A stretch of 64,000 nt of DNA from Mantamonas sphyraenae STR306. Its lineage: Eukaryota; Protista; CRuMs. This document shows positions 23,155 to 37,100 of this stretch, in pieces. The stretch's first letter is position 1. Every line of letters starts with the position of its first letter. A program made the position numbers and the translations under genes. The notes under the pieces are model-generated. The model saw nothing but the letters and a program-made list of their open reading frames with translations. It was not told the origin of the DNA and ran no database searches. Location: NCBI GenBank assembly GCA_026936335.1, contig JAPMXV010000017.1:62001-126000 (forward strand), in the 5' to 3' direction.

Positions 23155-26100
23155 ACACACAGATTGGCCATGGTGAATGCATTTGTGATGCTTGCAGACT
23201 TTGACGCAGAGGACATGCTGCTGGACGTGTTTGCCTCGTTCTTTGAGATGGTGCGTCCGGAACACAGCAAAAAGGTGGTGTCGCACATGCTGAACGTCCT
23301 GGCCACGTGCTTGGACGCATGCACCACCGTCAACCAGAGCCTACTGGACTGTATTCTGGAGAACCTATTGCCTGCAGCGAAGGAGGAGACGCCCGCAGCG
23401 TACGGCTTGGCGTACTCCCTGGTGGAGCGCTCGTCGGACAGGCTGCGCGACTCGGTGTCGTCGTTTGTGAACAATGTGGTCGTGGAAGGCAACACAGAGG
23501 CGTCCGAGGTGAGCAAACACGTGTACACGCTGATCCAGACGCTGTTTACCATCGATTCGGGCATGCTGCTGTACGCAATGCCCAGTCTCGCGCTGTCGCT
23601 CAAGAGCGGCGAGGTGAGCGAACGCGAAGTGGGCGTGCGCATGCTGGGCCAACTGGCAGCTCAGCCAGGGTCCAAGATGGTCACCACCTACCCGGAGGTG
23701 TTTGGCGAGTGGTGCGGCCGCTTTGTGGACAAGGAGGCACGCATCCGCATCCTGATGCTCGCGTTTACAAAGCACTTTCTGCAGAACCACCCGCAGCACA
23801 AGGGACAAGTCAGCAATGCCCTGAAGGATCGCCTGTGTGACCCCGACGAAAAAGTGCGCATTGCGGCCATCGACACGGTGTGCGACTCGCGTCTCCACAT
23901 GGCTACGAGCGTGGACGCGCCGCTGCTCCAGGCTGTGGGCGAACGTCTGCGTGACAAGAAGCTGCACGTGCGCCTGGAGGCCATGAAGAAGCTGGTGGCT
24001 GTGTATGTCAAGGACAGCGGCCATCGCTTCACGGAAACGTGGACGCCCGAGGACGAGGTGGCGCTTGGATGGATCCCCAACAAGCTGATGTCCACCATGT
24101 ATCTCAAGTGTGACACCACAGCCGTGTTTCTGGAGAAGCTGCTGGACGGTGTGGTGCTTGCGTCCGACGACGACGAAGGCGCGGACGAGGGCGCGGACGA
24201 CAACAACGGAGGCATGGAAACAGAGGGAGGATCGAGCATGCAGACGGATCCGCTGGAGCTGCGTGTAATCAAGCTGGTGGACTGGTATGCCAGCCTGGAC
24301 GACTACGGCAAGTCGGCGATGAACCACATGCTGGGCAAAAAGGCAGCACTGGCCTCGCACATGCGTGCTTACCTTGCACTGCGCACAGCGTATCTGAAAA
24401 AGCGCCACGGGCGTGACGAGGACGATGAGGATGAGGATGAGGACGACGAAGACGACGAGGGCGACGAAGACACCATGGACGAGGACGACGCACACACACC
24501 GGAGCAGCGACAGGCTCAAGCCAACTTTGAAGCAGTGCTGAAGCAAGTGGTGGAGCTGTTGCCGCCTGCAAACGGAGGCAGCAGCCGCAGCAGCAGCAGC
24601 AGCGCACAAGGACTGCAGCTGCTGGACCAACTGCACAGCCTGCGTGACAACAAGATCTTCAAGCTGCTGGGAGTTGTATGCGACCCTACGGCGACGTTGC
24701 AGGAGCTTCAGGAGGCGCGACGTTCGCTTGCCTCGCAGCTCGCCAACGCAGTGTCGTCCAAGAGTGCGTTGGCAACGTATGTGGGCCAACTGTGCACGCG
24801 TGCGTCGATGACGCTTGTGACGCGCGATGCCGTGCCCATGCTCATCCAGATGCTGATGGAGTGCATGTCTGAGGAGGAGCTCAAGGCACATCTGGATTCG
24901 GGAGTGGCTGCGTTGCACGCCCTTGTGCGGCACTTTCCCACGCTCATGCAGGGCCACGTGGGTGCGCTTGCCGACGTGCTGCGTAGCACACAAGACAAAC
25001 AGGTGTTGGGTCAGGTGCTGTCTGTGGTGACCCAGTGTGGCGGTGTGGTGAACGACAACGACCGCGCGGCGTTGGAAGAAGTGTTGCCCGAGTTGATGCA
25101 GATGGGTGCACCACATGCGGTGACGGCGGTGGCGCGTGTGTTTGGACCCACGGGGATGGCCAAGGAGATGTTCCACGAAGAGGTGGAGCGACTTGTGCCG
25201 GAACTGGCCGTGGAGCGGCTGGATGACGTGCGTGCGCTGCCAGGCATCCTGCAGACGCTGGGCACGATTGCCAGCGAGGACATGGACACGTTTGAGCACT
25301 TTGCGGACGACGTGGTGCTCTTTGTCGTCCATGATCTGATGCTGAAGAGCCACCAACATCACGGACTGGACGAAGAGCACAAGCTGTCGCTCGACTGCCG
25401 TTGCAAGGAAGCAGCGCTGCGTTTCCTTGTCAACTATGTGCGCCCCATGCACACTCTGGCCGAGGAAGACCTCGACGCACGGCTTCGGCCCGTGTTTTCC
25501 AGTCTGTTGTCCACAATCGGCCTGGGTGGCGTGATGACACCCGGCGCCGAGGCGAGCATTGCAGACAAGGAGCACCTGCGCATGGTGGCACTGGAGTGCA
25601 CGCTGCAGTTGGCCGAAGTGAAGCGGTTCCAAGCAGTCATGAGCCAGCGGCTGTTTGTGGTGCTGTGCTCGTTGGCATTTGACGAGTCGGAGGCTGTGCG
25701 CACGGCCATGCTGGAGGAGAGCAACACCAGGCTGGTGGACATCTTTAAGCTGCCTTTGCGCTACATGGTCATCACGGCGCTGCTGTGCGGCGACCGGGAC
25801 ATGAGCATTCGCACACGTGCGCGTGAGTACCTGCGTGGGCAAATCGAACGGCGTCGCGCTTACTTTGACCAGCGCAGCGAGTCGCAGACCGGTGGACGTG
25901 AGGTGTACGTGTTGCCCGAGTACGCTTTGCCCTACCTCCTCTACACCCTGGTGGACACAACGGCGTACCCTGGGGACCTGGACGAAGCGGAACGCGATCT
26001 GGACGCGTGGAAAACGGTGACGTCTGTGCTCAAGGCGTTCCTGAGCGAACTGACGGCGGTGAACGACAATTCGCAGTTTGTGCTGTCGATGCTCAACACA

Positions 26101-26754
26101 CTGCGCAGTGCGGCAGACGCAGAGGGGGAGGTGGAACGCACACGGCGTCTGCGTGTGCTGGCAACGATTGGCCAACACCTGATGACGTCCATGGACCCGC
26201 AAAAGAAGTGGACAATTGGCACACGCTACCCAAGCCAGATCCGCCTGCCGGTGAGCTTGTATCAACCAGGCGAGCGATTTGGCAGCGTGCAAGCCAAACT
26301 TCCAGAGTGCTTTGTGAACAAGCGTGCAGCCAGCGCAGCACGTGACACGGCCAAGGCCAAGGCAGCTTCTGCCAGGCGACGCAGTGCAGGCAAGGGTAAG
26401 CGGTCGCGCAAAGGCATGGAGGACAGCGATGAAGAAAGCAGTGACAGGGAGGCGGACGACGAGGAGCAATACGACGACGACGACGACGACAAAGACGATG
26501 CCTCGTCGCCCAACAAGCGTGTGCGTGGAGACAATGAGCAGGAGAACACACACGCTGTGCGTCGCAGCACACGTGCGTCACGCAAGGTGGTGGCAGAACC
26601 CGTACTGACGTTTTCGGACGACGAGGGCCAGGACGAAGACGAGGAGGACGACAAAGACGACGAAGAATCGGAATCGAGCTACGATCACGGACGAAGTGGT
26701 AGCAGGCGACGGGTTCTGCGTGAGAGCAGGAGGACAAACGTGGGGCGAGTGTGA
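22385..26754 (+). CDS. PDS5: Sister chromatid cohesion protein PDS5
   Basis: [72 protein letters not shown] and LPEYALPYL. Introns 22463..22595, 22800..22941 and 23031..23162. Confidence 0.95.
23121..23160. repeat. Intronic (CA)n microsatellite (PDS5 intron 3)
   Basis: Visible directly in the sequence. Confidence 0.95.
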
Positions 26755-26783
26755 GCGTGTCTGTGCAACAAAACCCGATTCCC

Positions 26784-29700
26784 ATGAGTGTTCCGGCGCT
26801 GGACGAGGAGGAAGAGGCTCAGCTGTTTTCGCTGTATGCCCATGGTCCAGAGGTGACGCTGGAAAGCACTACGTCGGACGAGTGGGGCGGTGGGCAGAGC
26901 GGAAGCGAAGGGAGCGGCTGGAAGAGCACGGCGTTGTCGTACTTCACTACTGTGCATGCCCTCGAGCTGGCTCGCTCCTGGGTGGGTCTGCACACGCCAT
27001 TTGACAAGGACATGCAACGGTCTGTGGACACGCTGCAATCATGCTCGCCACAGGCGAAGCTGGCTGTGAATCCTCACACGAGCGACGTGGCGCTGTTCCT
27101 GGGTGAGTTCCTTCCACGCGCCGCATTGCCTCCATGGGTCCAAGAGACATACCGCACGATGCTGACGCACGTCCCCATGCACACGTGCATGTATACTCCC
27201 CAGATTCAACTGTGTACATTCGGCGTGCGCGTGACAATTACGCCCTGGCGCCAAAGACTGGCTGGAGGCTGCCAGAGCGCGACGACGCACCCGAGTTTAG
27301 CCACCTGGCCTGGTCGCACACGGAGCCTTACCTGCTTGCAGTGGTGACATCAAGTGCACATGTGCATGTGTTGCACACAGAAGACAGTCTGGAGCCACTG
27401 TGTACCTGGCCGGCCGCCACGGCGTCGTCGACGTCGAGTGTAAGCACCTCTGGGAGTGCCGGCAGCAACACGGGCGGCAACGGTTCAGGCAGCCGCAACA
27501 ATGGCAGCTCAAGCTCATCCAAAGCAAGGTCAGACGAGCGTGCGGGTGGTAAGGAGACACGTGGGAGCGTGGACAAGACACAGCGGACGTCGAAAATTGC
27601 TGGGGTGGCGTTCCGCGCGGCCGCAATGGGCAAGGGGAAGGGCAAGGAGAAGAGGCGAGGAAGCACAGCTGCGGGTGCGCGTGAGGCCAACGTGTTGTTG
27701 CTGCGATACAACGGTGCGGTGGAGCAACTGAGTGTGGATTTGGAAAGTGGCGTGGTGCGTGTGAACGAACTGGTGCGTGTGTGTCCCGACGTGCACGACT
27801 ACGTGGCCACACTGTGTTATGACGCGTCGCGAGACTGGATTGTGGTGGGAGGCAGCAATACGACGGCCAACGTGAGTGCGACGGTGCTTGCATCGATGCC
27901 CCAGGTGCAGGAGGAAGTCAACCAATCCATGTTTGCGTCGTGGTCGGCCTATGAACTCCAGGGCAACCTGAGTGCAAAGCGAGTGCACACCAGTGTGCCA
28001 GAAGCCCTTTTGGAGGCGCGGTCACAGAGCAGACTGTGGTATGCGGCGGCAAGCATGTACACGCTTGTGATGACACCGTTTGACACCGCGGCACAGGCAC
28101 CTGTGGTGACCCAGATGTCCTTGTCGCCCGATGGCAACTTGTTGGCAATGGTGGATGCGTGTGGTACGCTGCGTGTGCTTTCGATGCTGGATTTCAGCGT
28201 GTACCGCCGGCTGGAGAGCGACGACGAGCGCGTGATGAGCCAGGCACCGTTGAGCAGAGAAGCTTTGCTGGCATTGCCCGAACAGGTGTCTGCCACGCAG
28301 ATTGTTCGTGCGTCGTGGTGGGACGCACGTACGGTGAGTATTGTGCGTGCGAGTGGCAACCTCTCCTTGGTGTCTTTGGACGGCATGGGAGACCGATTGG
28401 CAGCCACTCCCATGGGCTTCTTCCCCATGGCCCTCATCACAGATGCCTCGAGCCACGGCGGTGGGCGTGCCATGTTTGTGCTCGAGTGTGAGGAACACCA
28501 CAGCGACGTGACAGCCATCAAGGGCCAGCTGTGGGCCCAGTTGCAGGCGGACGGCCAGCGTGAGGGCTACCTCGACACCCTGCGCTACTCTCGTTCCTAC
28601 TCCTATCTCTTCTTCCTCAGCGGTGCCGCCACAGGCTTCTGGTCGGCTGACGACTATGTGTATGGCACACAGACGCAAGGGGAGCGCGTGTTGAAGATCT
28701 TCAGGCTGTTGTCTGTGGCTGCGTCAACGCCAGAGTCACTGTTTGCCGACAAGTTGGCACAGCGCGACTTTTCTGCTGCTCTTGCGCTTGCTGACAAGTT
28801 TGCGCTGGATTCGGACGACGTCTACAAGGAACGATGGGAACAGTGTCGCGTCGTGGACGAGGAGGCCATCACCGGCATTCTGGAACGCATCCGCGATCGC
28901 ATGTGGGTGCTGGCTCGTATTTCCAGGCACGTGGCACCTTCTGCGGAACAGAATCGTATGCTGTTGGAGTATGGGTTGCAGTTGACCCAAGAGGCAGCCA
29001 TGGACAGCGTGCATCAGGTGGATACTGCTGTCGACGACCATGATGACGATGATGGCGATGATGACACACCTTTGCTTGTGGCGTACCGACGTCTGTTTCT
29101 GAAGCATCTGGATCGGTTGCAGACGTTTGCCGAGATCTACGAAGCGGCAGATTCGGAAAGGCAGCGGTTTGATGCAGACGTGTACGCCGAATTCCGAGAT
29201 TGCGATCTTGTAGAAGCGGCGGCAGTGTGTGCACGAGGGGATGACATGCATGCGCTGCGAGTGTTGTTTCTGCGCCATGGCGACGAGCTGGCCAGCCATC
29301 GGTTGGATTTGCTGCAGTTTATACCCGAGACGTCATTCGTCGACACGTACAGTGACCTGCTACCAGGGTATGATGCCACACGAGAGGAAGAGGCGATGTA
29401 TGTGCACCGTCCGTGGCGTGTGGAGCCAGATGCAGTTGAGCTCGTGGATGGAGACACGCTGCCGGATGTGACGGTGACCACGCTGGACGCCAGCGTGAAC
29501 AGATCGCAGTTTTGGAACCTGCTGCATTACAACAGTGACAGTGTGTCGCCGTACGGGTGCCCTGCGAGTGCAGAGGAGCTGCAGCATTGGTACGTGAGCC
29601 GTGCACACGCAATCGACAGCAACTCGGGTCAAGTCAATCTGGCCATGAACTTGGTGCGAGAGGGCGTGCAACGTGGCGTGCCGCAGCTCGATGACACACT

Positions 29701-32700
29701 TGTGCAACTGGAGGACATGTGTGAGCTGGTGTACACGTACACGTGTGGAGCGCAGCTGACGGCACGCGGGTATTCACAGATGGCGCCGCTGGAGCAGTTC
29801 CGCATGTTCCTGACGAATGCCACACCGAACAATGTGGTTTCGTTGCTTCGAGGACGTGCAGGCGAAGTGTGGCGTCGTCACGCACAAGCCAACCCAGATC
29901 AGCACTCGTTGCTGCTGCAGTTCTTGGCAGAGGAGGCCAAGAATGGACGCTTGGACCTGTTGCGCGTGTGTGTGTTGTACTCCAGCCGGTTGGCAGACGG
30001 TACGCCACATGGAAGGCTGATCGAACGCCTGCAAGACACGCTGGCACTCATGTTGCACTGCGTGTACCTTTGCCCGCGTGCAGATCGGGATGCGATTGAG
30101 TGCATGGAGGAAATGGCGCGCGTGGTGCAGAGCACCCACGAGGAGGAGGAAACGCGAAGGAGTGGCAGCAGTGGCGGAGGAGGTGGTGAAGACAACCCAC
30201 ATCCTCGCAACGCCGTCATCGACGCTCAGGGTATTACCAGCTGCTGATTGAGCAACTGGGTGAATTGCAACGGCATTTGCAGGCCATGCGCATTCTGGAA
30301 CGGCACGGGGTGCCCCAACGACTGGAAACATTTGCACGTGAGCAGACAGAGGAGGAAGGCACGGCGTTGTTGGAACGGCTGGCAAGGCGTGCTGTGCGAC
30401 GTGCGGCTTCGGGAGGGATGCAGGACGAGGACGATTGGCACGCTTTGCGACAGGACATGCGCACGCTGCGCACGAATGTGTACAGTGGGGTGAAGCAGAG
30501 CGCGTGTGATCGAATCTTTTTCGAGACACTGCTGCGTGGCGATCAAATTGTGCTTGCGGCCAACTATGTGGAGATGCAACCCAAGTACGCGCAGTATGCA
30601 TTGGAGGTTGCGCAAGATCTGTTCAACAGTGCACCTTTGGTGCATGACGAGCTCATGCAGCAGGCAGCGCAGTGTTTGCAGCTGGTGGAAGGGATCGATT
30701 CGGTTGCTGTGCAGCCCGAGTTGGCGCTGATTGAGGCGTTGGAAACGTTGGAAACGTACGGCGTGGCCATGTTGCCTCTGCAACTGCGTCTGCACAGCGA
30801 CCGTGTGGCGGTGCTGTGCAAAGCCACGTTGTCTGTGCGAGAGGCGGCAGATGTGCAACCTGCGTTCCGTCTGGCACGCAACCTGGGCATTGACAACGAC
30901 GCACGTGTGTGGCTGGCACTTGTGGACGCCCAACTGCATTGGGGACAGTGGGAGGTGGCTGTGGAGCACGCAGAACGGCTGCTGGACATGACCGAGGCCG
31001 GTGAGTTTGCAACGCGTGCCTGTGTGGCAGTGGCCAACGCGGCTCCGGACATCGAAGTGCGCATGCGTGTGGTACAGCGTGCCTTGGCTCAGGCGCCCGC
31101 CGATAGCTTGCACGAACTGATGGTGTTGTGGCGACGTGTACGCTTGTTGGCCCTGTGCACCCAGTATTTGGAGGATGGGGACGCCATGCGAGACGAACAG
31201 CTTCTGGGCGAGTGGCAAGCCAACATGCACGCAAAAGCGCACGCCTGCATGCACGTGTCCCAGATGCAAGAGACGCAGGGGTCGCTGCAGGATGTGTCCA
31301 CCATCGAGGCTTACCTGCACATGCACCACCTGGCGGGGATGGAGGCAAAGGTGGACGAGCAGTTGCTGATGTATGTGGCTGGTCGATGTCTGCAAGAGAA
31401 CGAACGTTCGCGTGCAGCTGCACATTTGGCCAGTCTTTCGCAGCCCGCAGACCAAGTGGTTGCTGTGGTTGACCGCGTACAACACACCGTCGACGAGGAC
31501 ACGCGTGTGGGCATGTACCACGTGGCTGTCAAGGTGCTGCAGCGTCGCGGTGGGAGTGAGGAGGTGGACAGTGCGGTGCGTGATCTGCAGCAACGCATCG
31601 CCGAGACGATGCAATCGCAGACGCTACAAAGTCTGCGTGAGGACATCGACGCAACGCGCTTTCGTGACGACGATGCCTACCGCACAACAGTCCTGCAGGA
31701 GGTTGCGGCAGAGCATGACGTGGGTGCCCTTCGCAACGCAGTCGAGTTTGCACGTCAGTACGACGTGGATGTGGCGCCCCTGTACGTGGCTGCCTTGCAA
31801 GGCGCAGCTGCAGACACTGAGGTGGACCACACCGAGTTGCGTCGTCTGTGGGGCGCCGTGCGCAACGATGTGGTGGAAGACGAGAACATCGGCAACGATG
31901 TGCACACAGCGTTGGCATCGGCCGATGCCGTACACAAGGCCTTTTCCAGACACCCAAGCAAAATGCCATCTCATGGCGTACAACGCAAGATGGCGTCGTA
32001 CCTGGATGTGTTGGCGGAGCTGGGAGCAAAGCAACACCATGTGGATGACGACGGCGACGGCTCGCTTGCCAATCTGGCGCGAGTGTTGGCTTTGTTGGCA
32101 AGTATGCAAGCAAATGACGTCGATCCACTGTCGATGTGGCCCGCCGACACGGTGGCGTACGATGACTTGGCGCGGCTGAACGATGTGACGACGTTGGCGA
32201 CGGTGCAGGAGCTGGTCTTTGTGGTGGCGAGCGATGCCGACAGGCAGCAGGCGTGGAAACGGCAATTGGCACGTGAGCTGGTGTTGGATGCACTGCAGCA
32301 ACAAGGTGTGGGCTCCGAGACATTTGCGCGTGCGTGGGAAGTGGCGTGTATCCGGATGGATGGTGACGATGCGGCAGAACTGGTGCAACAAGCGGGACTC
32401 ATGGGCATTCAACACTCCCTGGTGCAGCTTGCGGCTGATGCTCATCCGCAGCATGCCGAGTTGCAGGATATGCTGCGACACAGCGACTTGCTCGCCATAT
32501 TGCGTGGTGGAGACGGAGACGACGGCGAGGACGCATTGGGCACCATTGTACCTCAGGGGACAGAAGAGTGGCCTCCACGCGATCAGGACGGTGCTGTGGC
32601 CTGGATGATGGGCGTGGTGGCACGCCCGAACCAGTCCATTTCGCATGTGCGCAGGTTGCACGAGGTGATCGATGCCCACGTGGACTCCTGCCCGCCCATG

Positions 32701-34167
32701 AGCAAGCTCATTGCAGCCACAGTGCAAGCACAAGTGCAGGCGTTGCAAACAGCCGTCGCACAGGAGACGCCATCATCGGCCACCGCCTCATCATCCTCGT
32801 CCTCATCGACACCATCTGCTGGCTCTGAAGGCCACCATACGGAAATTGCTGTGGAAAATATGGTGCTGTGTCTGGCTGGAGGGACAACAATGCCTGCCAA
32901 GAAGCTGCGCGAGCTGATTGAAGCCAAAGGAGCGCGGTTGGAACGCTCGCTGACCGACAGTGTGACGCATGTGGTGCGCAAGGACAGCAGTGTGAGCGGC
33001 GGCAAAGTGAAACGTGCCCAGAAGCAAGGCATTGCGGTGATTGAAGAAGACACCCTGTTGGATCTGCTCACGGCAGACACTGCCGCCAGTAGCAGTGGCT
33101 GGACCAGTTTGCTGAGCGATGAGCAACAACAACTGTTGGATTTGCTGCAACAGGTGGACGCAGACGAAGCCGATCCAACACTGTTGGACACCCAGGGGAT
33201 GGACACGGCAGCAGCCAAGGCGGTGCTGCACGTGCAACGCGAGCTGCCCGCTCATTGGGGTTGGGATGCGGACAAGGAGCGGGTGTTGGACGGTCTCAAC
33301 ACGCGTGCGCTCTTGGAACAGGCCTACGACGCAGAACAGACGCGTGGCAAGGAGGGTGAGGCGCTGATGGAGCATTTGCTGTCGTTGGAGAACAGCAGCG
33401 AGCGCCAGCTCACGGTGCTGTGTGACGTGCTGCATGTGTGGACGGAAAGTGCATCCAAGAGCAGTTCGGCGTCGTCGCAGATGTACAGTGCTTTGTGGCG
33501 ACGCGCTCTGCTGCGCTTCCTGCCTGACCATCCCCAATGGGTGCTGCGCTACCTTCTTGTCGTCCGACAACGCGACACGCTGCAGATCCTGACGGACAGT
33601 GACGAGGCACACCTGGTCACACAGGTGCTGGAAGAGCAACAACAGCCTGTGGGTGTGGTGCTTGCGTTGTTGTCCACCCAACGCGATCTGCATCGTCTCG
33701 CTGCACACGCTCTCGTGCAACACTACGACGAGTGGAAACATGTGGTCGACAATGCCGTGGCGCATTTATTGCTGCAAGCGCGTGTGTCTGATGTGTTTGT
33801 CGACCATTCGGCGTTGTTCGACCTGTGCATCGACTTTGCCCTGCGTGGCCGCGACCTTGGCTATCAGCGCCACGGCATGGCAGACACACTGTGGTACGAT
33901 CTCATGCAGCCACGCGTGCCGGGAAGTGACGTACGCATGTGGCACATCCTACATCTCGTGGTGGTCCTGTGTACAGCAGGGAGGCGTCGCCAAGCTGCTT
34001 TGCTCGCTGCTGAGCATTTGCAGTTGCACCCGGCCATGCGCACACGAGACAACAACAGAGTGTGTCTGCGCACCATGCTGCAAGACGCCTTTCTTGTTGC
34101 TCTGCCCACCCCCGAGCATCAAGAAGTGTTGGAGGCGGCACAGGAGATCCTCGACGAAATGAATTGA
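26784..34167 (+). CDS. NBAS: NBAS/Sec39 (NRZ tethering complex) with an internal BRCT-like insertion; apparent -1 frameshift near 30230
   Basis: N-terminal beta-propeller (LAWS, SLSPDG.LLA, WW), then STPESLF..K...DFSAAL.LA.KF.LD.DDVYK.RW, LDRLQTF, FRDCDL, RLDLL..IPET, Y..LLP and WY..RA.AID..SGQ. Later FNSA...A.QCL.L and LP.Q.R. Intron 27103..27203. Built from ORFs 27134..30247 and 30265..34167. Confidence 0.88.
32851..33069 (+). other. BRCT-like domain embedded in the NBAS reading frame
   Basis: VENMVLCLAGG..KKLRELIEAKGARLERSLTDSVTHVV..GGKVKRAQKQGIAVIEEDTLLDLL follows the ligase/RFC1/PARP-type BRCT pattern. Ser-rich linkers flank it on both sides. Confidence 0.8.
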
Positions 34168-34186
34168 AGCACACTCCATTGCCTTA

Positions 34187-37100
34187 TTAATACGCCTTTG
34201 CCTCTGCAGGCAGCTCCAGCTTGTCCAACTCGGCAAAGAGCAGCTGTGTGGCACGCTGCATCTTGTCGCGGTACTTGTCACTGGCCTCTTCGACCCAGCG
34301 GGTGCACAGGTTGCGGATGTAGCCCCTTCGCATGGCAAAGTGGTTTTTCACCACGTCTTCAAACCCGACAGGCGGACTGCGCAGCTGTCCTAGCATGGCG
34401 TAGCGGATGTTGTTCAGGCGCAGGCCTTCGTTGTATGCAAACGACGCCGCCTTTCCCTCGCTCGTACCGCGCTGTGCGTCGTATGAGGGTTCGTTGAAGT
34501 ACGGTTCTTGCACAAGAATGAGCGCTTGGATAGACACGAGCACCTGGTGGAGCGAAGACACCTCTGGGTTCCACTTGCTTCCCAGATCCTGGCCGCCGTG
34601 CCACGTGCCCAACAGCGACAGACACACCTTGCCGCAGTTGTACAGGTTCGGGTTGAAACGCACTGTACCGTTGCCTGTGGTCTGCATGTTCATCACCATC
34701 GGGTCTTGCGGATACGTGTCCGGGAAGAAGATGTCAAAGACAAATGCGCCGCTGTCGTACGGCGAATCCGCGGGGCCTGTGATCATCGCGCGCATCACAT
34801 CCAGACGATCCTCATCGCAACGCACAAAGATTGACGATTCACGCATGAGGGGCAGGTTCTCCGCCAGCGTACTCAGCTCGTCCACAATGCGCTTCGTTTT
34901 CGTTTGCGTAAATACACTCGTGCTGCTGCTCTGGATGTTCTCTGCGTAGTGGTGCACATAGCCACCCTCGCCGTCCGTCATGTCCACCTCGTCAAACACC
35001 AGTTCGCCCATCACCTCCACATACACGTCGTTCGAAGGATCGCCGTCGTCCTCCGCTGCTTTGCCCTTGCCGCTGCTGCTACCTGCATCCGAGCTCCCCT
35101 CGCTGCCCAGACTGCTCTTGATGTCTGTCAACGAGCTGTTCACGTTGCCACTCATCGACATGGCAATCGCCAGCTGAGCCAGCTCGTCTTCGTCCTCCGA
35201 CTCGTCATCGTCATCATCATCATCGTCATCGCCATCGCTGTCCTCCTTGCCCTCGATGTTCTGATGGCCCTCTCCCTCTTCCGCATCATTGTTCGCCGTG
35301 CTGTTGCTCAACTGCGCCCCTGAAGACGACGAGGACGACGCAGGCGACGGCAGCGAGGCCACAAGTGCGATCTCGTCCACAGAGGCCACAAAGGAGGAGA
35401 ACAGCTCCATGTCAGTTTTGCCCACTGTGATCTGCTGCAACGCACTCTGCATGGCAGCAGGGCTGTAATCAAAGTTGTCTGCGACGTGCTGGCGAAGGTC
35501 CTCACGCACTGCGTCGCCACTCTTCATGATGCTGACAGTGATGCGCACCAGTTGGCACAGAATGGCCACACGATCAAAGCCATACTTGGACGGATCCGAC
35601 ACGGCGTACTGGTCTACTTCAGGCCCTGCCAGCAGTTCTACAAACTGCACCAGCATGGCCGCATACTTGGCCAGAATGTTGCTGTTGCCCTTGCCGAGAC
35701 TGCGGGCAATGGTTTTGTCACCCACCATCAACTCCAACAGGTCCAAGATGGAGATGCTCAGCTTGAGAAAGCCCGTGGCGGTGCGCTCCTGGCCCTTGAA
35801 GTAGGCGATGCGCTCCTCAATGATCATTGGATCCTGTGCGTTCCACTCCTGCGTGTTTGCCATCGCCACCTCCAGGGTTTTGATGTCCACCAACCGGCCC
35901 AGTGAGTCTTCAAACAGGTGGATTTCGTCGTTGAGCATGGTGTCCACAAACTTGGCAAAGTGAAGCGAGGTTGTGTCCAGCGACGCCACAAAGCCCGTCA
36001 TCGGCCACACAGTGACCATCATGTCGGCGATGTCCTTGCGCACGTTGTACTTGTCGAAAATATCCTTGTCGACGTCCAGTCCCTCCACCGTGTCCACATC
36101 GTGGTACAGTTGCATAAACGCAGGCAGAAGCTGCTCACGTGCCAGCTTGCTACGCGTGGCAAAGTTGGCAAACGACACGTTGTGTGGCATGTACGCATAG
36201 TCCTGCGCAATCATCTGCATCTGCCGCTCCTCTGCGCGCATAAACTCGTACATCGCCGTCACCAGCTTCGAGCGCACCAGCGGGCTCTTGACCAGTGCTT
36301 TGTTGCCCATAAAGTACACCATAAAGTCAAAGATGCCCAGAGCATGCACTCTGTCCAGCGCCTCGGGCTTGTTGATTGTCACGTACATCACCAGGTCGAT
36401 CACATCCTTCACCACGCCCTCGGGCAGCGAGGAAAACACGTCCTCCACGGAATCTGCGCCGCCGCCTCCACTGCTGCTGCCGGCGGCTCCTGCCTCTCCT
36501 CCCTTGGCCAGCCAGACCAGCCAGTCGCAGACAAAGACGGCAAAGTTGAGGGCAGAGTCAATGAGATCCGGGTGCATGAGTTGCACCTCGTACTGGTCGA
36601 GTTTGATGACGAGATTGCGCTCAACCGAGCGTGCGCGTTGTGTGTGTTCGTGCTGTTCGCCCACCGTCTGCAGCAACTGCTGCAACTGCGCGTGGTTCTG
36701 GTGGTACACCGTGGTGTAGTAGTGGTATTGGTAGAAGCAGGGCAGTAGGATGACGTGAATCGCACGCAGGGTGAGGAAGAAACACTCGGTGATGAAGGAA
36801 AACTGGCCCTGCAGCACCTGGGGCGTAAAGAACGGAGCACTTTCAAGGTCGTCCGCAAAGCCGTGCAGACTCATGCCTGATGCAGTCACGCCCGTGGACA
36901 AACGTGCGTCGTGCAGCAGGTTGACACGGTAGTTCAGATCGCAATAGTGCACATTGATGGCCTTGCGTTTGTCCTCCCGCAGAAAGGGTTCGCTCAATTG
37001 CAGCAACTGGTACATGAGTGGCAGCAGCGTGCTGTTGCTTCCGCTCACCTGCAGCATGTTGTTGTCAAACGGGTTGCGCGGATTCGCAGCGCGTTGTTCG

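Noticed and set aside
30183-30229. A 44-47 nt mini-intron that would restore the NBAS frame
   Set aside because: It is frame-compatible, but the donor (GTGGTG/GTGAAG) is atypical, there is no clear branch point, and it is shorter than every other intron here. A single-base indel is simpler. Not fully excluded.
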